A DNA stretch of 64,000 nucleotides from the human T2T-CHM13v2.0 reference genome, Homo sapiens: NCBI RefSeq assembly GCF_009914755.1, contig NC_060941.1; one strand, written 5' to 3'. Position numbers and translations under genes: made by a program. Below are positions 16,240-32,440 of this stretch, in pieces (positions within the stretch are counted from its first letter, which is position 1; each line of letters starts with the position of its first letter). Under the pieces are notes generated by a model, which was not told where the DNA came from, ran no database searches, and saw only the letters and a program-made list of their open reading frames with translations.

Positions 16240-16610
16240 CTTCCACCCACACTTCCATCCTTCATTCTGCCCACTGCTTCCAGAGTTCTTTCTAAAATCC
16301 AGATATAATCAAGTCACATTTTGCCCCAAAGCTTTTAATAACTCCCAATTTCTGTTAAGATGATTTCAACTCTGGCTTTGAGATCCTTCACCACCAGGCC
16401 CCTGCGTGCCTCTCCCTTCTCATCTCCTCATCACTCTCCAGGCAAACTGGACTATTTGCTATTCTGGGAATGTGTCTTCTTCTTTTAAGCCTCAGCCCCT
16501 TTGCATGTTCTGTTCATTCTTTCTGGAATGAGCTTCTCCCCTTTGAACTGTTGTCAAATTCCTTCAAAGTCCAGTTCAAACACTGCCTTCTCATGAAGTT
16601 CTTACATACC
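16240..16610 (+). mobile_element. L2 relic
   Basis: ccactgcttccagagttctttctaaaatccagatataatcaagtcac...ccctttgcatgttctgttcattctttctggaatg...ccttcaaagtccagttcaaac. Confidence 0.7.
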
Positions 16611-18602
16611 ACTCACACCTTTCTCTGCATGTTAGCCAAGAAAATATATGCAGATGAAGGTGTCTGCTTGAATCATGGCAGCTACCTGCTGGCTTAACTG
16701 GGTTAACACTAATGAAAATCACGGGACAGCTAAATTTAATTTTTGACACCTGATAAATGCCAAACATCAATGGATTTTTCATTAACATACTGAAGAGCAG
16801 TGTCTTCAAGTCACTGTTATGAAGACACTTTCCTAATTTCTTTGAGGTGGTTAATCTTCTGTGCAGACATCAGAAAGGATTGCATTTCCTGACTCTTTTG
16901 GCTCTTGTCATGTCAGTTGTGTAAAATGATTTGAAAAGAGGTGATTACTATGGACCATGACATCCATTTCACCTTTATCAGGAAATACATAAGTGAGATA
17001 GTGCAGGTGTTGTGGGCAGGGGTAGGTCACTCTCCTCCCCTGCACCCTTCTCTTCTGAGCAGATCCAGAAGGAAGTGTTTGTTTTGGATGTTGGACCCTG
17101 TTCCAGTTCCATGATCATATTTATGTTGCTTCTGAGTTTCCAAAACGATGTATGTTGAATTTGTCAGGTCATATTTTTGCAGCAATAAAGGGTGGTCTTG
17201 TTGAAGTCAACTCAATCCCAATGGGCCTTATATTTGTGACATTCCAGAGTGAGGATAACATATGGAAAGAAGCCCACAAAGTAATAAGGAACAAAGAATC
17301 CTGAATATGAAAAACCACCCTGATGCTGATTCTGGTTGCCTCTCCTTGCCACGGTCCTTCCTGGACTGGAGTTCAGCCAGCAGATGCATATTATATTGGA
17401 TGCTTCCTCTAAAGAGACAGGAGGAGTAAGTGGGAATACGGGAGGCACTCAGAAAGTGAGTATTCACACACTGAAAGAAAAGCAATCAAGGCATCGGCAG
17501 CCCTGTTCAGAACAAGCCAAGCGGGGACGGCGCAAACCCGAGGGTGGCTTGGGGTTGTGTTAACAGATGGTGGAGAGAAGGCAGAATGCTTCACCTCCCA
17601 TTTGGCTCCTGTCACCCGACTGAGAAGACTAATCTTCCCCTGTAAAAGGATAGCACAATCACTTTATTCAGAGGAAATTGCAGAATGCGATGTGAGAGGC
17701 ATTTGGACAAGAGCCTAATCTCTGGGTGTTTTGCTGAAGGATAGGTAATTTAAAGTTCTGCAGGCAGCAAAGGGTTAATCCAGTTTTTGTCCAAGAGCAA
17801 GGAGTTAGAGTACAGAGTGTTTATTGCTGTTACCATGTTCATTCATTTGTTCATTCGTTCTACAAACTTTTTTTTTTTTTTTTTTTTTGTCTATACGATC
17901 CCAGGGTGGTGTACCGGGGAGGCTGACCTGGGTTCAAATATCTGCTGCAATGTATTAATATCTGTAGACAAGTCACAACTCCTCTCTGTTATTGTCAAAG
18001 ACCTTTGGATTTCAAGGAACTGAGACTCAGTCAAGCTCACTCAGGAAGAGGAGTGAGTTGGTCGAGAAAACAGAATCCACAATAGGTATTTCATTCTTAT
18101 TTTTTTTTTCTGTCTTTGCTACTTGAATCAGAACAGTAGGTATTTCAAACAGAGGAGATTTAATGTAGGAAGTTGGTTACATGCATATGGAAAAATTGAA
18201 AAAAGCAAAAAGGGAGGTAGCCTGGAGATCAGTAACTGCAGGAAGCAGTGACCTCCCTACTGCTGGAGAAACAAATGGGACGAAGTGGCATTGCCAGAAT
18301 CTAGAAGCTTGGAGAAGGGTTGCTGAGAGGGTAGATTTACATCCACTAGCTCCACTGCTTCCCATCAATAGTCTTGGTCTTTCAGTTACATTTGTGAGCA
18401 GAGGTAATTTCAGATAATATAACAAATAGAGTGATGGGATATAGGGTTATGAGGGTTGGGGTAAGGCCAGGGGTCGGGAGGTTTTTGTGGCAGAGCTTGG
18501 AGAGGACTGCTGAATTTGGATCATTTATGAGTTGACAATAAACTCAAGAAGGGCAAGAGCAGAGCAGGATGAGAATTACATGACCTTTACAATAATCCAA
18601 GT

Positions 18603-18908
18603 GTACAGTTTTTATATTGCCACATAATAAATCACCACACATTTAGCGGCATAAAACAACCTATGTTTATGATCTCACGGTGTCCATGGCTCAGGAGTCT
18701 GGATGTGGCCCAGCTGGGACCTATGCTTCAGGTCTCACAATGCTTTGGTCAAGGTGTCAGCTTGACCAAGGTGGTCAAGGTGTCAGACTCTCATCTGAGT
18801 CTGGGGATCTCTATCAGCCACAGATCCCACCCACACTCACATGGAGGGGGAGTGTGCACACTGGGGGCAGGAATCTCAGAAGCCATATTAGAATTCTGCC
18901 TACCACAC
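18603..18908 (-). mobile_element. MLT1 LTR fragment
   Basis: ttgccacataataaatcaccacacatttagcggcataaaacaac...ggggcaggaatctcagaagccatattagaattctgcctaccaca. Confidence 0.8.
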
Positions 18909-19618
18909 CAGGCAAGAGATGATGCTGGCTTGAACTCAAAGTGTAGGCATGGAGATGGGAGAAGTGGTTGCATTCAAAATATAATTTTAAAGTCCTGGCT
19001 CAGAGGACTGCCTTTGGAGAGGGAGGGGACTCCAACTCTAATAATCTATGTGGGGTGGAGGGTACTTTCAATGAAGTGGGGTACTCCTGGCATGGGAGCA
19101 ACCTGGTTGTATTGCTTGGGGGCATGAGTGCTTCAGATAAGAGGACCCTAGATGGGGATGGGGCTCCAAATAATGCATAAACACACCTGCAGGTGAAAGT
19201 TAGCTCTAATTAACTGCCAGGCTCAGATGGCGGCAAGCCACCCAGCTCATAAAAAGCTGTTTTACTCCTTACTCCTCCCGCCACCACAATTTTCACTCTA
19301 GCAGGGTTTGAAACAGCGGCTAGCAAGTAGGGGGAGGAAGAGAGGAGAGCAGAGAGAGAGTTGGAGATGACTATGTCCCGTCCTCAAAGACAGGGGCTCC
19401 AGACACAAGTCTAGGTATGAAGGAAAGGGAGAAGTCTTTGAGTAGAGATTGAAGCACTAATTAATAGATTGGGCTGGACACATTCATATGATTGAATCTA
19501 ATAGTGTTTTATGATGGAAAATGACCATAGGACTGTCCCTTGCCTGAGAGTACACAGAGAAGTTTAGTATGAGTTTCTATCCAGGGATGGGTGAGGATGA
19601 CCACTACTGAATACATGG

Positions 19619-19914
<296 letters not shown>

Positions 19915-20132
19915 CTGAATATATTTTAAAGGTGCATGGTTATCAAAAAATTAAGTTGCATCTTGATCACATCTTACATACTGTGCTTGTTCAATGGATT
20001 GGTTATGCAAAAGTCTGGGTGAAGATTTTTCTTGGCAGAGTGACCATCAAATGCAAGGGCATTGGGTGGGCATGATGTTGATATCTCTGAGAAACCTCAC
20101 TAGAGTAAGAGGAGGGTAAAAGGGGTGAAGCT

Positions 20133-20495
<363 letters not shown>

Positions 20496-21680
20496 CTAAT
20501 TGTACTGAGATGTCATTGGAAGGTTTTAAGCAGGGGAGTGACAAGGTCTAATTTATATACCAGGTGCTGTGCTGCCGGCTGGAATTCTTTCCCCACTTTT
20601 ATGGTTGTCCTTCAACCTGCTGGGATTGTCCATGGAGTTTTATAGCCCCAACTACCCCACCACCTCACAAACCCCTTCTAGTTACCCAAGCTCAATAATA
20701 GACCAGTTAATGAGAGTAAGCCTGATCTCCCCAGCTGGTGGGAATCATATGAGGATAGGTGCATAAGTTAGAAGCAGCTGCACAAGGGTGAGACAGGAGG
20801 AATCTAGGTCTTCTTGATGTGATGTGACATCAATTTTTCTCCATGCTGAGTGATGCCTAGCAGATCCAATCAAATCCTCTCTTTGGGGAGGCTTAATGTG
20901 GGCTGAACAATGACTAGGCAGCTTGCTTGACCAGAGATCCTGAGGTCACCAGATACACATCCCTGGCTTGGGACAACTGGGACCCCATGCACCCTGGGCT
21001 ACTTTCCTGCAAAAGCACAGTGTTTCTTGAGTGACCCACATCATACCTGAGGGCTCTCTTCTCTGAGGCTGGGGGTGGATTGCAGAAGGATTGGGCCCAA
21101 CTTCTCCATTGTTATGCATTTCTCTTTGTGGGTGTGGTGGAGTATCTTATTTTCTCAAGGTCCCATTGGGATCCAAATTCCCATTCCAATTGGGAACCCA
21201 GTCTCATTGCCATCTCACCTCCTGTTCCTGTCCTCTTTCTTCTGCTTAACACTGATAAAACATGAAGTTCAGTGCCTTTTCCAGAATTTCTTCACTCCTC
21301 AAAAAGCACCTCCACATGCAAGGTATGGTGAATGTAGCGTATTTTGTTGAGAGCATGGGGTTGGCAGATGAAGCCTACAGTATCATCACTTGGCTTCATG
21401 CATATCTCAACTTCTGCTTTCTCAAGTCTCCTTGCGTGGGCACTACCCCTTCTCTAAATCCAGTTCTCCTCTCCCACTTTATCATGCACAAAATGTAACT
21501 CTCTACCTTCTACTTAGCTTCCATTTATTATCTAAGGCTCATTAGTGTCTCTACTATCACAGACTCTAGTGGAAGAGAACAGCATGGAGCTTTATTATTC
21601 CATTATCTTTTAGAAGTTACAAGTGGCTGAATTTAGTCTCGTTTTAAACTATATTACCTCCTTTCATTATAATAACTTCC

Positions 21681-22019
<339 letters not shown>

Positions 22020-22061
22020 TAAGAAGGAACACAACGTGTAAGGATACTGAGGTTCAGATAA

Positions 22062-22592
22062 TGTGACAGGTTGTATTTTCTGAAGATGGCCACAAAGATA
22101 TCTCCCATTTCACATGCTCTTCTAGACCTTGCCACTCCCCCAGCAAGAGGCAGGATCTATGTCTCCTCCCATTGAAGCTGGGTGGCCCTTGGTGACAGCC
22201 TCAACCAACAGAGGATGGCAGAGTGGTGCTATGTGATTTTAGAGGCTAGGTCATAAAGATGCATGCACTCCCTGCTTGTTCTCTTGGTATGTTCATTCGT
22301 GGAACTTGCTTACCATGAGGAACCCCAAGCAGGGCATGCAAAGACCTGCAGGACAAGCAACTGAGGCTCCTGGCCCAAAGCCCTGCTGAACTCCCAGCCA
22401 TCCATCAGCCAGCAACCACTTGCCAGCCATGCCTGTGAACCATTTGAAATAAATTCCCATCCTTCATCTATAAGGGGCAGAGATGAGCCATCCCTGCTGA
22501 GCCCTGTCCCGATTGCAGATTCATGAACTAAACTGTTACTGTTTTAAGCCCTTTCAAGTAGTTTGAAAAACAGCAATGGATAACTGATACAA
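22062..22592 (+). mobile_element. MLT1 (F/G-like) LTR
   Basis: tgtgacaggttgtattttctgaagatggccaca...gaggctaggtcataaa...tgctgagccctgtcccgattgcagattcatga...gataactgataca. Confidence 0.85.
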
Positions 22593-23599
22593 ATAAGTAA
22601 GGTAACTTGTGTAAGATCATAAAGTGTAATTTCCAGAGCTGGGACTCAAACCAATGTCTTTCTGGCCCCAAGTCTGTGCTCTTACCACTGTGCCTAATAA
22701 TAAAATGTTCAGCCCAGTGCCTGGAACAAAGTAAATGATCAATAAAATATTTCCTCCCATCTCTCCTTTTTCTCCTAGGGTCTCATAGTAGAACATGTTT
22801 CTCTGACCCAGTCAGTCTTGCCAGAGGTGGCCACATTCCAGCAGAGATGCTTCCTCTTGCAAAACCCACCTAATCTTAGGTGAGGCTGCATCTTCTTGAG
22901 TGTAGGGAGAAGATTAGCCCAAGTCAAACAGTGCTGCTTCTTTACCTCAGCATTATTGAACTAGAAAAGCATTTGCCAACATGCACTTTGTCTCTGGCTG
23001 CCCCTGAGGCTCGAGAAGGAAGCCCTGCCCTCTGAAGGTGCATCCAGGCATTCACATCAGCGGTCAGAGGAGAGCTGAATTCTAGGCCCTGCTGGTGGGG
23101 TTGGGCAATGAGGATCCCCCCAAGGGGGCTCAAGTTGCTTTTTAGCCTACGTGGGAGTTTCAGACAAAGGATTTTCTTCCTCCTCTTCCTATAGGGTTCA
23201 CTGAGATAGAATGACATTTAATAACAGTGGAATAGGAGTTAGGATCTGAAACTATGCTCATGGCAGGCGTGACCTACTGGGGCTGTTCAGAGCATCTTTC
23301 TTCTGAGCGCTCACTCTCCAGACCTTGCTCTGTTGATCTGAATTTTGCTTTCAGGGGCTTGGTGAGGACGATGTGCCAAGTGAATGAATTGGATGGACCC
23401 AGGAGGCGGGCACTCTCTCCCACTCCAACTGGCCACCTCATCCCCAGCAGTCACAAACCAACCCTTAGCAGGTCACCTCCCTAAACTTCTGCATATGCCT
23501 TTAGCCTGGGCACTGTGCATGTGAGGCATTAACGAATTCATTTATTCATTTGCTTATCTATCTGCATGTCCACCCATCTATTTATCCATCTATTTGCTG

Positions 23600-23850
23600 A
23601 GGACAATATAGCATCGTGGTTTAGGTTATGGGCTTGGGATCTGTATTGTCTGGGTTCTGATCCTGCGTTTGCCACCTTTGAGCTAGTTATTTTCACCTTT
23701 CTATGCCTCAGATTCTCCTCTATGAAGTGGGGGAATACAGTAATAACACCTGCCTTGTAGAGCTTTTATGAGAATTAAATACATTATTATGTAAAGCACT
23801 TGCCCTGGCACCTGGTTAAGTACTCCGCACACGTTACAGTGTAGTTATTG
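23600..23850 (+). mobile_element. MIR
   Basis: atagcatcgtggtttagg...ctgggttctgatcctg...tgcctcagattctcctctatgaagtgggg...tgtaaagcacttgcc. Confidence 0.8.
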
Positions 23851-23925
23851 TCACTGCTGTTGGAGTGTGTTCAGGTCTGTGTGAGTGTTGGGGGAAGCAG
23901 AGCAGATGGTCTTCATAAGTTTTAA

Positions 23926-24550
<625 letters not shown>

Positions 24551-25162
24551 TTGCAGGAAGGGCCGCATCCACCCCACCCTGAGCTCCTCCACAGTGCGAT
24601 CCTGGGACTGCCTGAGAGGCAGCACAGCCAGCTCACATTCCGGGACACCTCACAGGTGCCGAACTCCACCAGTTTGAAAATGGTTCCGAAGCCACTGTGA
24701 AGCCACTTGGTCTCCAGGGTACCAGGGCACTTTCCAACCAGCACCTTCCTCCTGTGAATCCAAGCGTCAGGGCTAAGGAAAACTGCGGGTTTGATTAGCT
24801 TTCAAGAACATACTTTATATCATTTCCTCTCCTCATTTGAACTATAAAAAGGAGCTTTCTAGTTTGAATAGCAACTTCAACTTTCTGCCTTATTCTGTAA
24901 GAAAGGAAAGCATTCAGTCAGAAATGGGGGTGATTTCATCAGCACTTTTCAATTTCAAATGAGTTTGCGAAAGCTGGTGGCTTCCTTTGGTGGTCAGGCT
25001 ATGTTTGGTGTCCAGGAGCTGTAAAAGTTGGGTCAGACTGGCTCACAGGGGACAAACACGTGTGGGGGGTGGGGAATGGCACAAGGAGAGTTTTCTGCTT
25101 CTGGAGGGGAGAGATTGATGGGCAGAAATGAGCAGAGCCTCTGGGCTATGGGCCAGTTTCTC

Positions 25163-25457
25163 TTTTTTTTTTTTTGAGACGGAGTCTCGCTCTGTCACGC
25201 AGGCTGGAGTGCACTGGTGTGATTTTGGCTTACTCCAGCCTCCACCTCCCACGTTCAAGTGATTCTCCTGCCTCAGCCTCCTGAGTAGCTGGGGTTACAG
25301 GCACCTGCCACCATGCCTGGCTAATTTTTGTATTTTTAGTAGAGACAGGGTTTCACCATATTGACCAGGCTGGTCTTGAACTCCTGACCTCAGGTGATTC
25401 ACCTGCCTCGGCCTCCCAAAGTGCTAGGATTACAGGCATGAGCCACTGCACCTGGCC
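25163..25457 (-). mobile_element. AluS
   Basis: Antisense Alu; TSD ggccagtttct. Confidence 0.97.
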
Positions 25458-25528
25458 TAGGCCAGTTTCTGAATCTTCTGCCCTTCATGGGTGAGTCGTG
25501 TTGAGGTGGCCTCTTAACCTGGCACTAG

Positions 25529-26008
<480 letters not shown>

Positions 26009-26021
26009 TAAAGATCCAAAC

Positions 26022-26362
26022 CAGGGCTTAGCAAATTCTGTAGCAGGTCAGAGAGTAAATATTTTTGGCTTTGCAGGTCAGACCACATCTGTGGCAACTG
26101 CTCAGCTCTGCCATTGTAGCATGAAAGCGGCTGTAGATAATATGTAAATGAATGAGCATGGCTGTGTTACAGTAAATTTTTATTGGATACTTTATAGATG
26201 CTGAAATTTGAATTTCATGTAATTTTCACATCATGAAATATCACTCATCTTTTAATTGTTTTCCTCCAACCATTTAGAAATGTACAAACCATCTTAATAT
26301 GTCATACGAACGTAGGTGGTGGGTTGGATTTTATTCACAGCTGGCAGTTTTCAAGATCCCTG
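26022..26362. mobile_element. MER58B-like hAT-Charlie MITE
   Basis: cagggcttagcaaattctgtag...gtaaatatttttggctttgcagg...ctcagctctgccattgtagcatgaaagc...atgtaaatgaatgagcatggctgtgt...ccctg. Confidence 0.85.
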
Positions 26363-26740
26363 CTCTAAATGTCAAAGGGGCTGCTGGTACCCTGGGGTGG
26401 GAGGTGGCCACAGAGGGTACCAGAGCAGCTTTCACAGGGGATGGGGCAGGAGGGGCTCAGGGTAGCAGTGGAGGGTGGCTTCTATACAGCCTAGCTGTGG
26501 GCATTTTCTTCTTAGTGGTGGGAGAGAGAAAGAGAGAGAGACTTTTCTGAAATCAGACAGACGGTTCTTCTCAAAAACCATTTGCCGATGTCCCCTTGGG
26601 TGTCAGGAAATCTCTACATACTGGGAACGGGGGAATTTTTTTTTTTTAAAGTGCAATTTCTTTTCTTGCCAAAAGGCAACTCAATTGTCAGGTGTTGGTT
26701 GCCCCTCCTGTTACATGATCCTCTAAAAGATGTGAAGGAC

Positions 26741-27317
26741 TTTATCCAGTCTATCATTGATGGGCATTTGGGTTGGTTCCAAGTCTTTGCTATGGTAAAT
26801 AGTGCTGCAATAAACATACATGTAGATGTGTATGTGTCTTTATAGTAGAATGATTTATAATCCTTTGGGTATATACGCAGTAATGGGATTGCTGTATCAA
26901 ATAGTATTTCTGGCTCTAGATCCTTGGCACATATACACCATGAAATACTATGCAGCCATAAAAATAATGAGTTGATGTACTTTGCAGGGACATGGATGAA
27001 GCTGGAAGCCATCATTCTCAGCAAACTAACCCAGGAACAGAAAACCAAACACCGCATGTTCTCACTCATAAGTGGGAGTTGAACAATGAGAACTGAGAAC
27101 ACATGGACACAGGGAAGGAACATTATACACCGGGAGCTGTCAGGTGGTGGGGAGCTAGGGGAGGGAGAGTGTTAGGACAAATACCTAATGCATGCGGGGC
27201 TTAAAACCTAGATAATGTGTTGACAGGTGCAGCACACCACCATGGCACATGTATACCTTTGTACCAAACCTGCATGTTCTGCACGTGTGTCCCAGAACTT
27301 AAAGTTAAAAAAAAAAA
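26741..27317 (+). mobile_element. 5'-inverted (twin-primed) truncated L1PA7/8-like element
   Basis: 26741-26926 antisense L1 fused to sense L1 3' end 26927-27317 with A tail; TSD core gtgaaggact on both sides. Confidence 0.93.
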
Positions 27318-28286
27318 TCGTGAAGGACTAATTGGCTGGAACTCCCACCACATGCCGGGAGAAACCCCAGTGCCCATCTCCAAATCTCTGGGGACTCTTG
27401 AAGGGATTACATGTCTCCTACGTGCTTTTGGTTCTGCTTTCTGCCTTGACTCACTTACATCCTATGCCACATCAGTTCGCAGTGGCAACAGAGATTCCTT
27501 CCCCCACTTCTCCAGAATGCAGATCACCAGGAAGGGTTCAGTGTGGTAGGATTTGCTGAAAATTTGTGGTTAAAAATCCTTTGGCCCTTCTATCCACCAG
27601 GATTTCCTTCTGATCATCATCCTCCGCAGTACCCTTCCTCACCCAAATCCTTCTTTCTGGAAGTTATTATGTTCTACAGGGTAGCAGACAGGAACACCAC
27701 ACCCTGTAATAAAAAGTCAGTGTGGTCATTCCGTGAGAGGTGGCCAGCTCTGGTGGGGGCCATGGGAGAGCACCACGGATTCTGCAAAGTGGTGAGTGGA
27801 CTGGGAAGGTTTCCCAAAGGAGGGGAAGCGAGAAGGCTGTTGACTTGTGAGCAGGAAGCGGGAGAGGCATTGGAGGCAGAGGGGAAAATGAGCAAACGCT
27901 GGTAGGACCCGGAGGGAGGAGTCTATCCTTATGAATAGATTTTCACAGGTCTATTTATTAAACCCATCTTTTCTTTTCTTTCCCAAAAGAAAAGCTGCAA
28001 TAGGTTTCTAATCCTTGCTTCCTTGGGCCATTGAAGTATTTTGAATCAATATCCTTTAGATATTAATTGTCTTGAAATGCCAGAAACAATGAAATACCAC
28101 ATTTTTATCACAATATTAAATTATACATATTAAAATATTTTACTTCTGTAGATTTGTAAATGAATGGTAAACATTTTCTGAATGAAGCACTAGAGTCGAA
28201 CATCCATATGTGTTTCTGTAGTTAACACTTGCAAAAATAACTCTTTAGATAGACTCCCAAAAAGCAATGTCAAAAAACAGTATTCC

Positions 28287-28810
28287 TATGGTGGACGTTT
28301 GTGGTAACCTTCCCAACATCCACTTTTTTCTTTCCCCAACATCCACTTTTTTCTTTCTAGAAGCTGAATTTCTGTTTGGGGATCCATGTGGTTCAGGGGA
28401 AGTTGACTGCTCTGCCAGCTATGATGGGGGCCCATGACTGGTCTACGCTTATCAATGGATTCCATGCTGCTGGTCACAGTTCAGGGGTGAGTGCCTGACC
28501 GGAGCCAGCCCAATCAGAGCAAATAGTACTCCTCTTGGGGATGTTGGGACAATGACATCCTCTCTTCTTCTGAATGGGCCACTGTGTGGACGAGAGACCC
28601 ACCAGATTGCTGCAGCCCCAAGGGAAGCCAGCTTGAGGATGAAACTCAGCCCAGAACATGGCAGAGAAAACAGGACCAGAGTCCTGAGCCACCATGAACT
28701 ACTGGATCAAACTGTGCCTGAAGCCTGCATACCTCTGGGATTTTCATTTTGAAGGGATGATAAATTATCTTTAGTGTTTAACCAAGATGGAATTAGATTC
28801 CCATTCTGAA
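28287..28810 (+). mobile_element. Old MLT1 (J/K-like) LTR
   Basis: ggtcacagttcaggggtgagtgcctgaccggagccagcccaatcagag...actggatcaaactgtgcctgaagcc...ctctgggattttca. Confidence 0.75.
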
Positions 28811-29564
28811 CTTAGATGACTCTCAAGACTGGACTAGATTTATATCCATCGTTTTGTGGAGACTTGTGAGTTCCTGAACTCAGTTTGGGAACTCAGCTGA
28901 TGGTGCCTACAGTATCCTAATCTTGGATTAATTACATCAGTAACAATCTAGATCCATTAAAATATATTTAGTGTTTGCATAAAAAGAGAGATTGGCAGTG
29001 CAGAAGAGAATCAAAGGCGTGGGGAAGGTTTTGCATCTGCTGTGTTGAGAATTCAGAAGAAAAGCTCCAACCAGCAGCAGCTGTGGTGTTTTTAGTGGAA
29101 TTTGGAATTAGAACCAGGCAATTTTCCTGCTGGGCTGTGCCAGGCAAGGGTTGACAGGGAGGGTGTTGGAGCTGGCTTCGTAAACCTCAACTGGGTTAAC
29201 GAGGGACATGGGTTTCAGGAAACCGACTCTTCAAGGGCCTGAAGAAAGTAGCAAATCCTTGTTTTGTTTGTTTGTTTGTTTGTTTCATGATTCTAAAAGT
29301 AGTATGTGAGCATTTTGGAAATTTCAGAAAACAGAAAAGTATAACAAAGAAAGTAGCAAACATTAGAATTCCTCAATTCAGGTATTCTTTAATTTTTATC
29401 TATACACATTCAATCATTCTGGATATACAATTTTATATCAAAGGTATCTTGCCCTCCAAAATAATGTCTTTGTATTCACATTCATTGGCCGCATAGCATT
29501 TTACCATAGGGATTTTCTATACATAACCATTTTTCTTTTGTTGAATCTTTAAGTAATGTGTCAG

Positions 29565-29606
29565 CCCCTCCCTCCCTCCCTTCCTTCCTTCTTCCTTCCT
29601 TCCTTT
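29565..29606. repeat. (CCCT)n/(CCTT)n simple repeat
   Basis: Directly visible. Confidence 0.9.
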
Positions 29607-30443
29607 GTTTCATTCACAGATTTCAGTTTTTAGAGCAGCTTTAGGTTCACAGCAAAACTGAGAGGAAGGTATAGATATTTCCCATATATGTGCTATCCCC
29701 ACGTATGCATAATGCTTCCCTATTATCAACACTGGTCACCAGAGTGCTAGATTTGTTACAACTGATGAACCTATATTGACACATCGTTATCATCTAAAGT
29801 CCATAGTTAGCATTCGGGTCCACTCTTGGTTTGGACAAATTTGTTTTGACACATATCCACCATTATAGTATCACACAGAGTAAGTAGTCTTACTGCCCTA
29901 AAAATCCTCTATGTTCAGCCTATTCATTCCTCCATCCTCCCTAAAACCTGGCAACTGCTAATCTTTTTACTATTTCCATAGCTTTGCTTTTTTCAGAATG
30001 TCATATAGTCAGAATCATACAGTGTGAAGCCTTTTTCAGATTGGCTTCTTTCACTTAGTTATATATATTTAAGTTTCCTCCTATCTTTTCATGGCTTGAT
30101 AGCTAATCGCTTTTTAGTGCTGAATATTTCTTTGTCTAAATATACTACCACGGTTTAGTCAGTCACCTACTAAAGAGCATCTTGGTTGCTTCCAAGTTTT
30201 GGCAATTACGAATAAAGCTACTACAAACATTCATGTGCAGGGTTTTTTGTGGACATACGTTTTCAGTTCCTTTGAGCGAATACCAAGGAGTATGATTGCT
30301 AGATCATATGGTAGAGTATATTCAGTTTTTAAAGAAACCACCAAGCTCTTTTCCAAAGTAGCTGTGCCATTTTGCATTGAATGAGAGTTCCTGTTGTTCC
30401 ACATCCTCATCAGCATTTGGTGTTGTCAGTGTTCTGGGATTTG

Positions 30444-30501
30444 TGTAATGGTATCTAATGGGTGTGTAATGGTATCTAATAGGCATGTAATGGTATCTAA
30501 T
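30444..30501. repeat. 21-bp tandem repeat x~2.8 inside L1M
   Basis: tgtaatggtatctaat at 30444, 30465 and 30486. Confidence 0.95.
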
Positions 30502-31845
30502 TGTTGTTTCAATTTGCGTTTCCCTTATGACATATGATGTGGAGCATCTTTTCATATGCTTATTTTTCATCTGTATATCTTCTTTTGTGATGTATCTGTT
30601 AAGATCTTTGACCCGTTTTTAAATCAGATTGTTTTCTTATAGTTGAATTTTAAGAGTTCTTACATATTTTCGATAACAGTCCTTTATCAGATATATCTTT
30701 GGTAAATATTTTATCTCAGTCTGTGGCTTTTCCTTCTCTTAGAGTTTCTTTCACACAGCAAAAATGTTCAAGTTTAATGAAATCCAGCTTATTAATTCTT
30801 CCTTTCATGGTTTCTGCCTTGGATATATCTAAAAATGTCATCACCAAACCCAAGATCATCTAGATTTTTCCTATGGTATTTTCTAAGAATGTTTTAGTTT
30901 TGTGTTTTATGTTTAGATCTATGATTTATTTTGAGATAATTTTCATAGAAGATGTAAGGTCTGTAGCTAGATTCATTTTTTTTTTTTTTGCATGTGGATG
31001 TTCAGTTGTTTCTGCACCATTTGTTGGAAAGACTCTTTCCTCCATTGTACTGCCTTTGCCTCTTTGTCAAAGATGAGTTGGCTATATTTACACGGGTCTA
31101 TTTCTGGGCTCTCTATTCTGTTCCATTGATCTATTTGTCTATTATTTCACTAATACCATACTGTTTTGCTACTGTAGCTTTATAGTATATCCTGAAGTCA
31201 GTCGTGTTAGGCCCCTAACCTTATTCTTATTCAATCTTGTATGGGCTATTCTGTTCCTTTTGCCTCTCCATATTAACCTTAGAATTAGTTTGTTGTTATC
31301 CACAAAATACTCGTCAGGATTTTGATTGGGATGGAATTGAATCTATAGATCAAGTTAGGAAGAATGCTCATCTTGACAATATTGAGTCTTTCTATCCATG
31401 AACGTGAGACATCTCTCCATTTACTCAGTTCTTTGACTTCTTTCATCAGTTTTGCAGTTTTCTTTATTTAGATCTTGTTCCTATCTTGTTAGATGTGTAA
31501 ATAAGTATTTCTCTTGGGGGATGCTAATGTAAATGGTGCTGTTTTTAATTTTATGTTCCACTTACTTATAGCTGGTATGTAGGAAGATGATTGACTTTTA
31601 TATATTAGCCTTGTATCCTGCAACTTTGCTATAATCTCTTATTAGTTCCAGGGGCTTTTTTTTGTCCATTCTTTTGGATTTTCTACATAGATAATCACAT
31701 CATCTGCGTTAAAATACAGTTTTATTTCTTCTTTCACAATCTGTATACCTTTTATTGTATTTTCTTGTTTTATTGCATTAGCTAGGCCTTCCAGGATGAT
31801 GTTAAAAAGAAGTGGTGAGAGGGGACATTCTTGAGTTGTTCCTGA

Positions 31846-32144
<299 letters not shown>

Positions 32145-32440
32145 TGTTCCTGATCTTAATGGCAAGACTTTGAGTTTTTCACCATTAAGTATGATGTTAC
32201 CTATAGTTTTTTTTTTAAATAAATATTTCCTGTTAAGTTGAGGAAGTTCCCCTCTATTCCTAACTTACTGAGATTTTTTTTTTATTATGAATGGGTGTTG
32301 CGTTTTGTCAAGGGGTTGTTATGCATCTATTGATATGATCACGTGATATTTCATTAGCTTATTGATGTTATGGATTGTATCTGTTGATTTTTCAAATGTC
32401 ATACCAGCCTTGTGTAAATCTCACTTGGTTGTGGTGTATG

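Noticed and set aside
17868-17888. Orphan T21 run (also A runs at 8927-8947) as ultra-truncated retro-insertions
   Set aside because: No TSD found; simple homopolymer expansion suffices
30444-30501. Regularly spaced 16-bp repeats with 5-bp variable gaps, superficially CRISPR-like
   Set aside because: Three-copy 21-bp minisatellite in an L1 in a mammalian genome; gaps far too short for spacers
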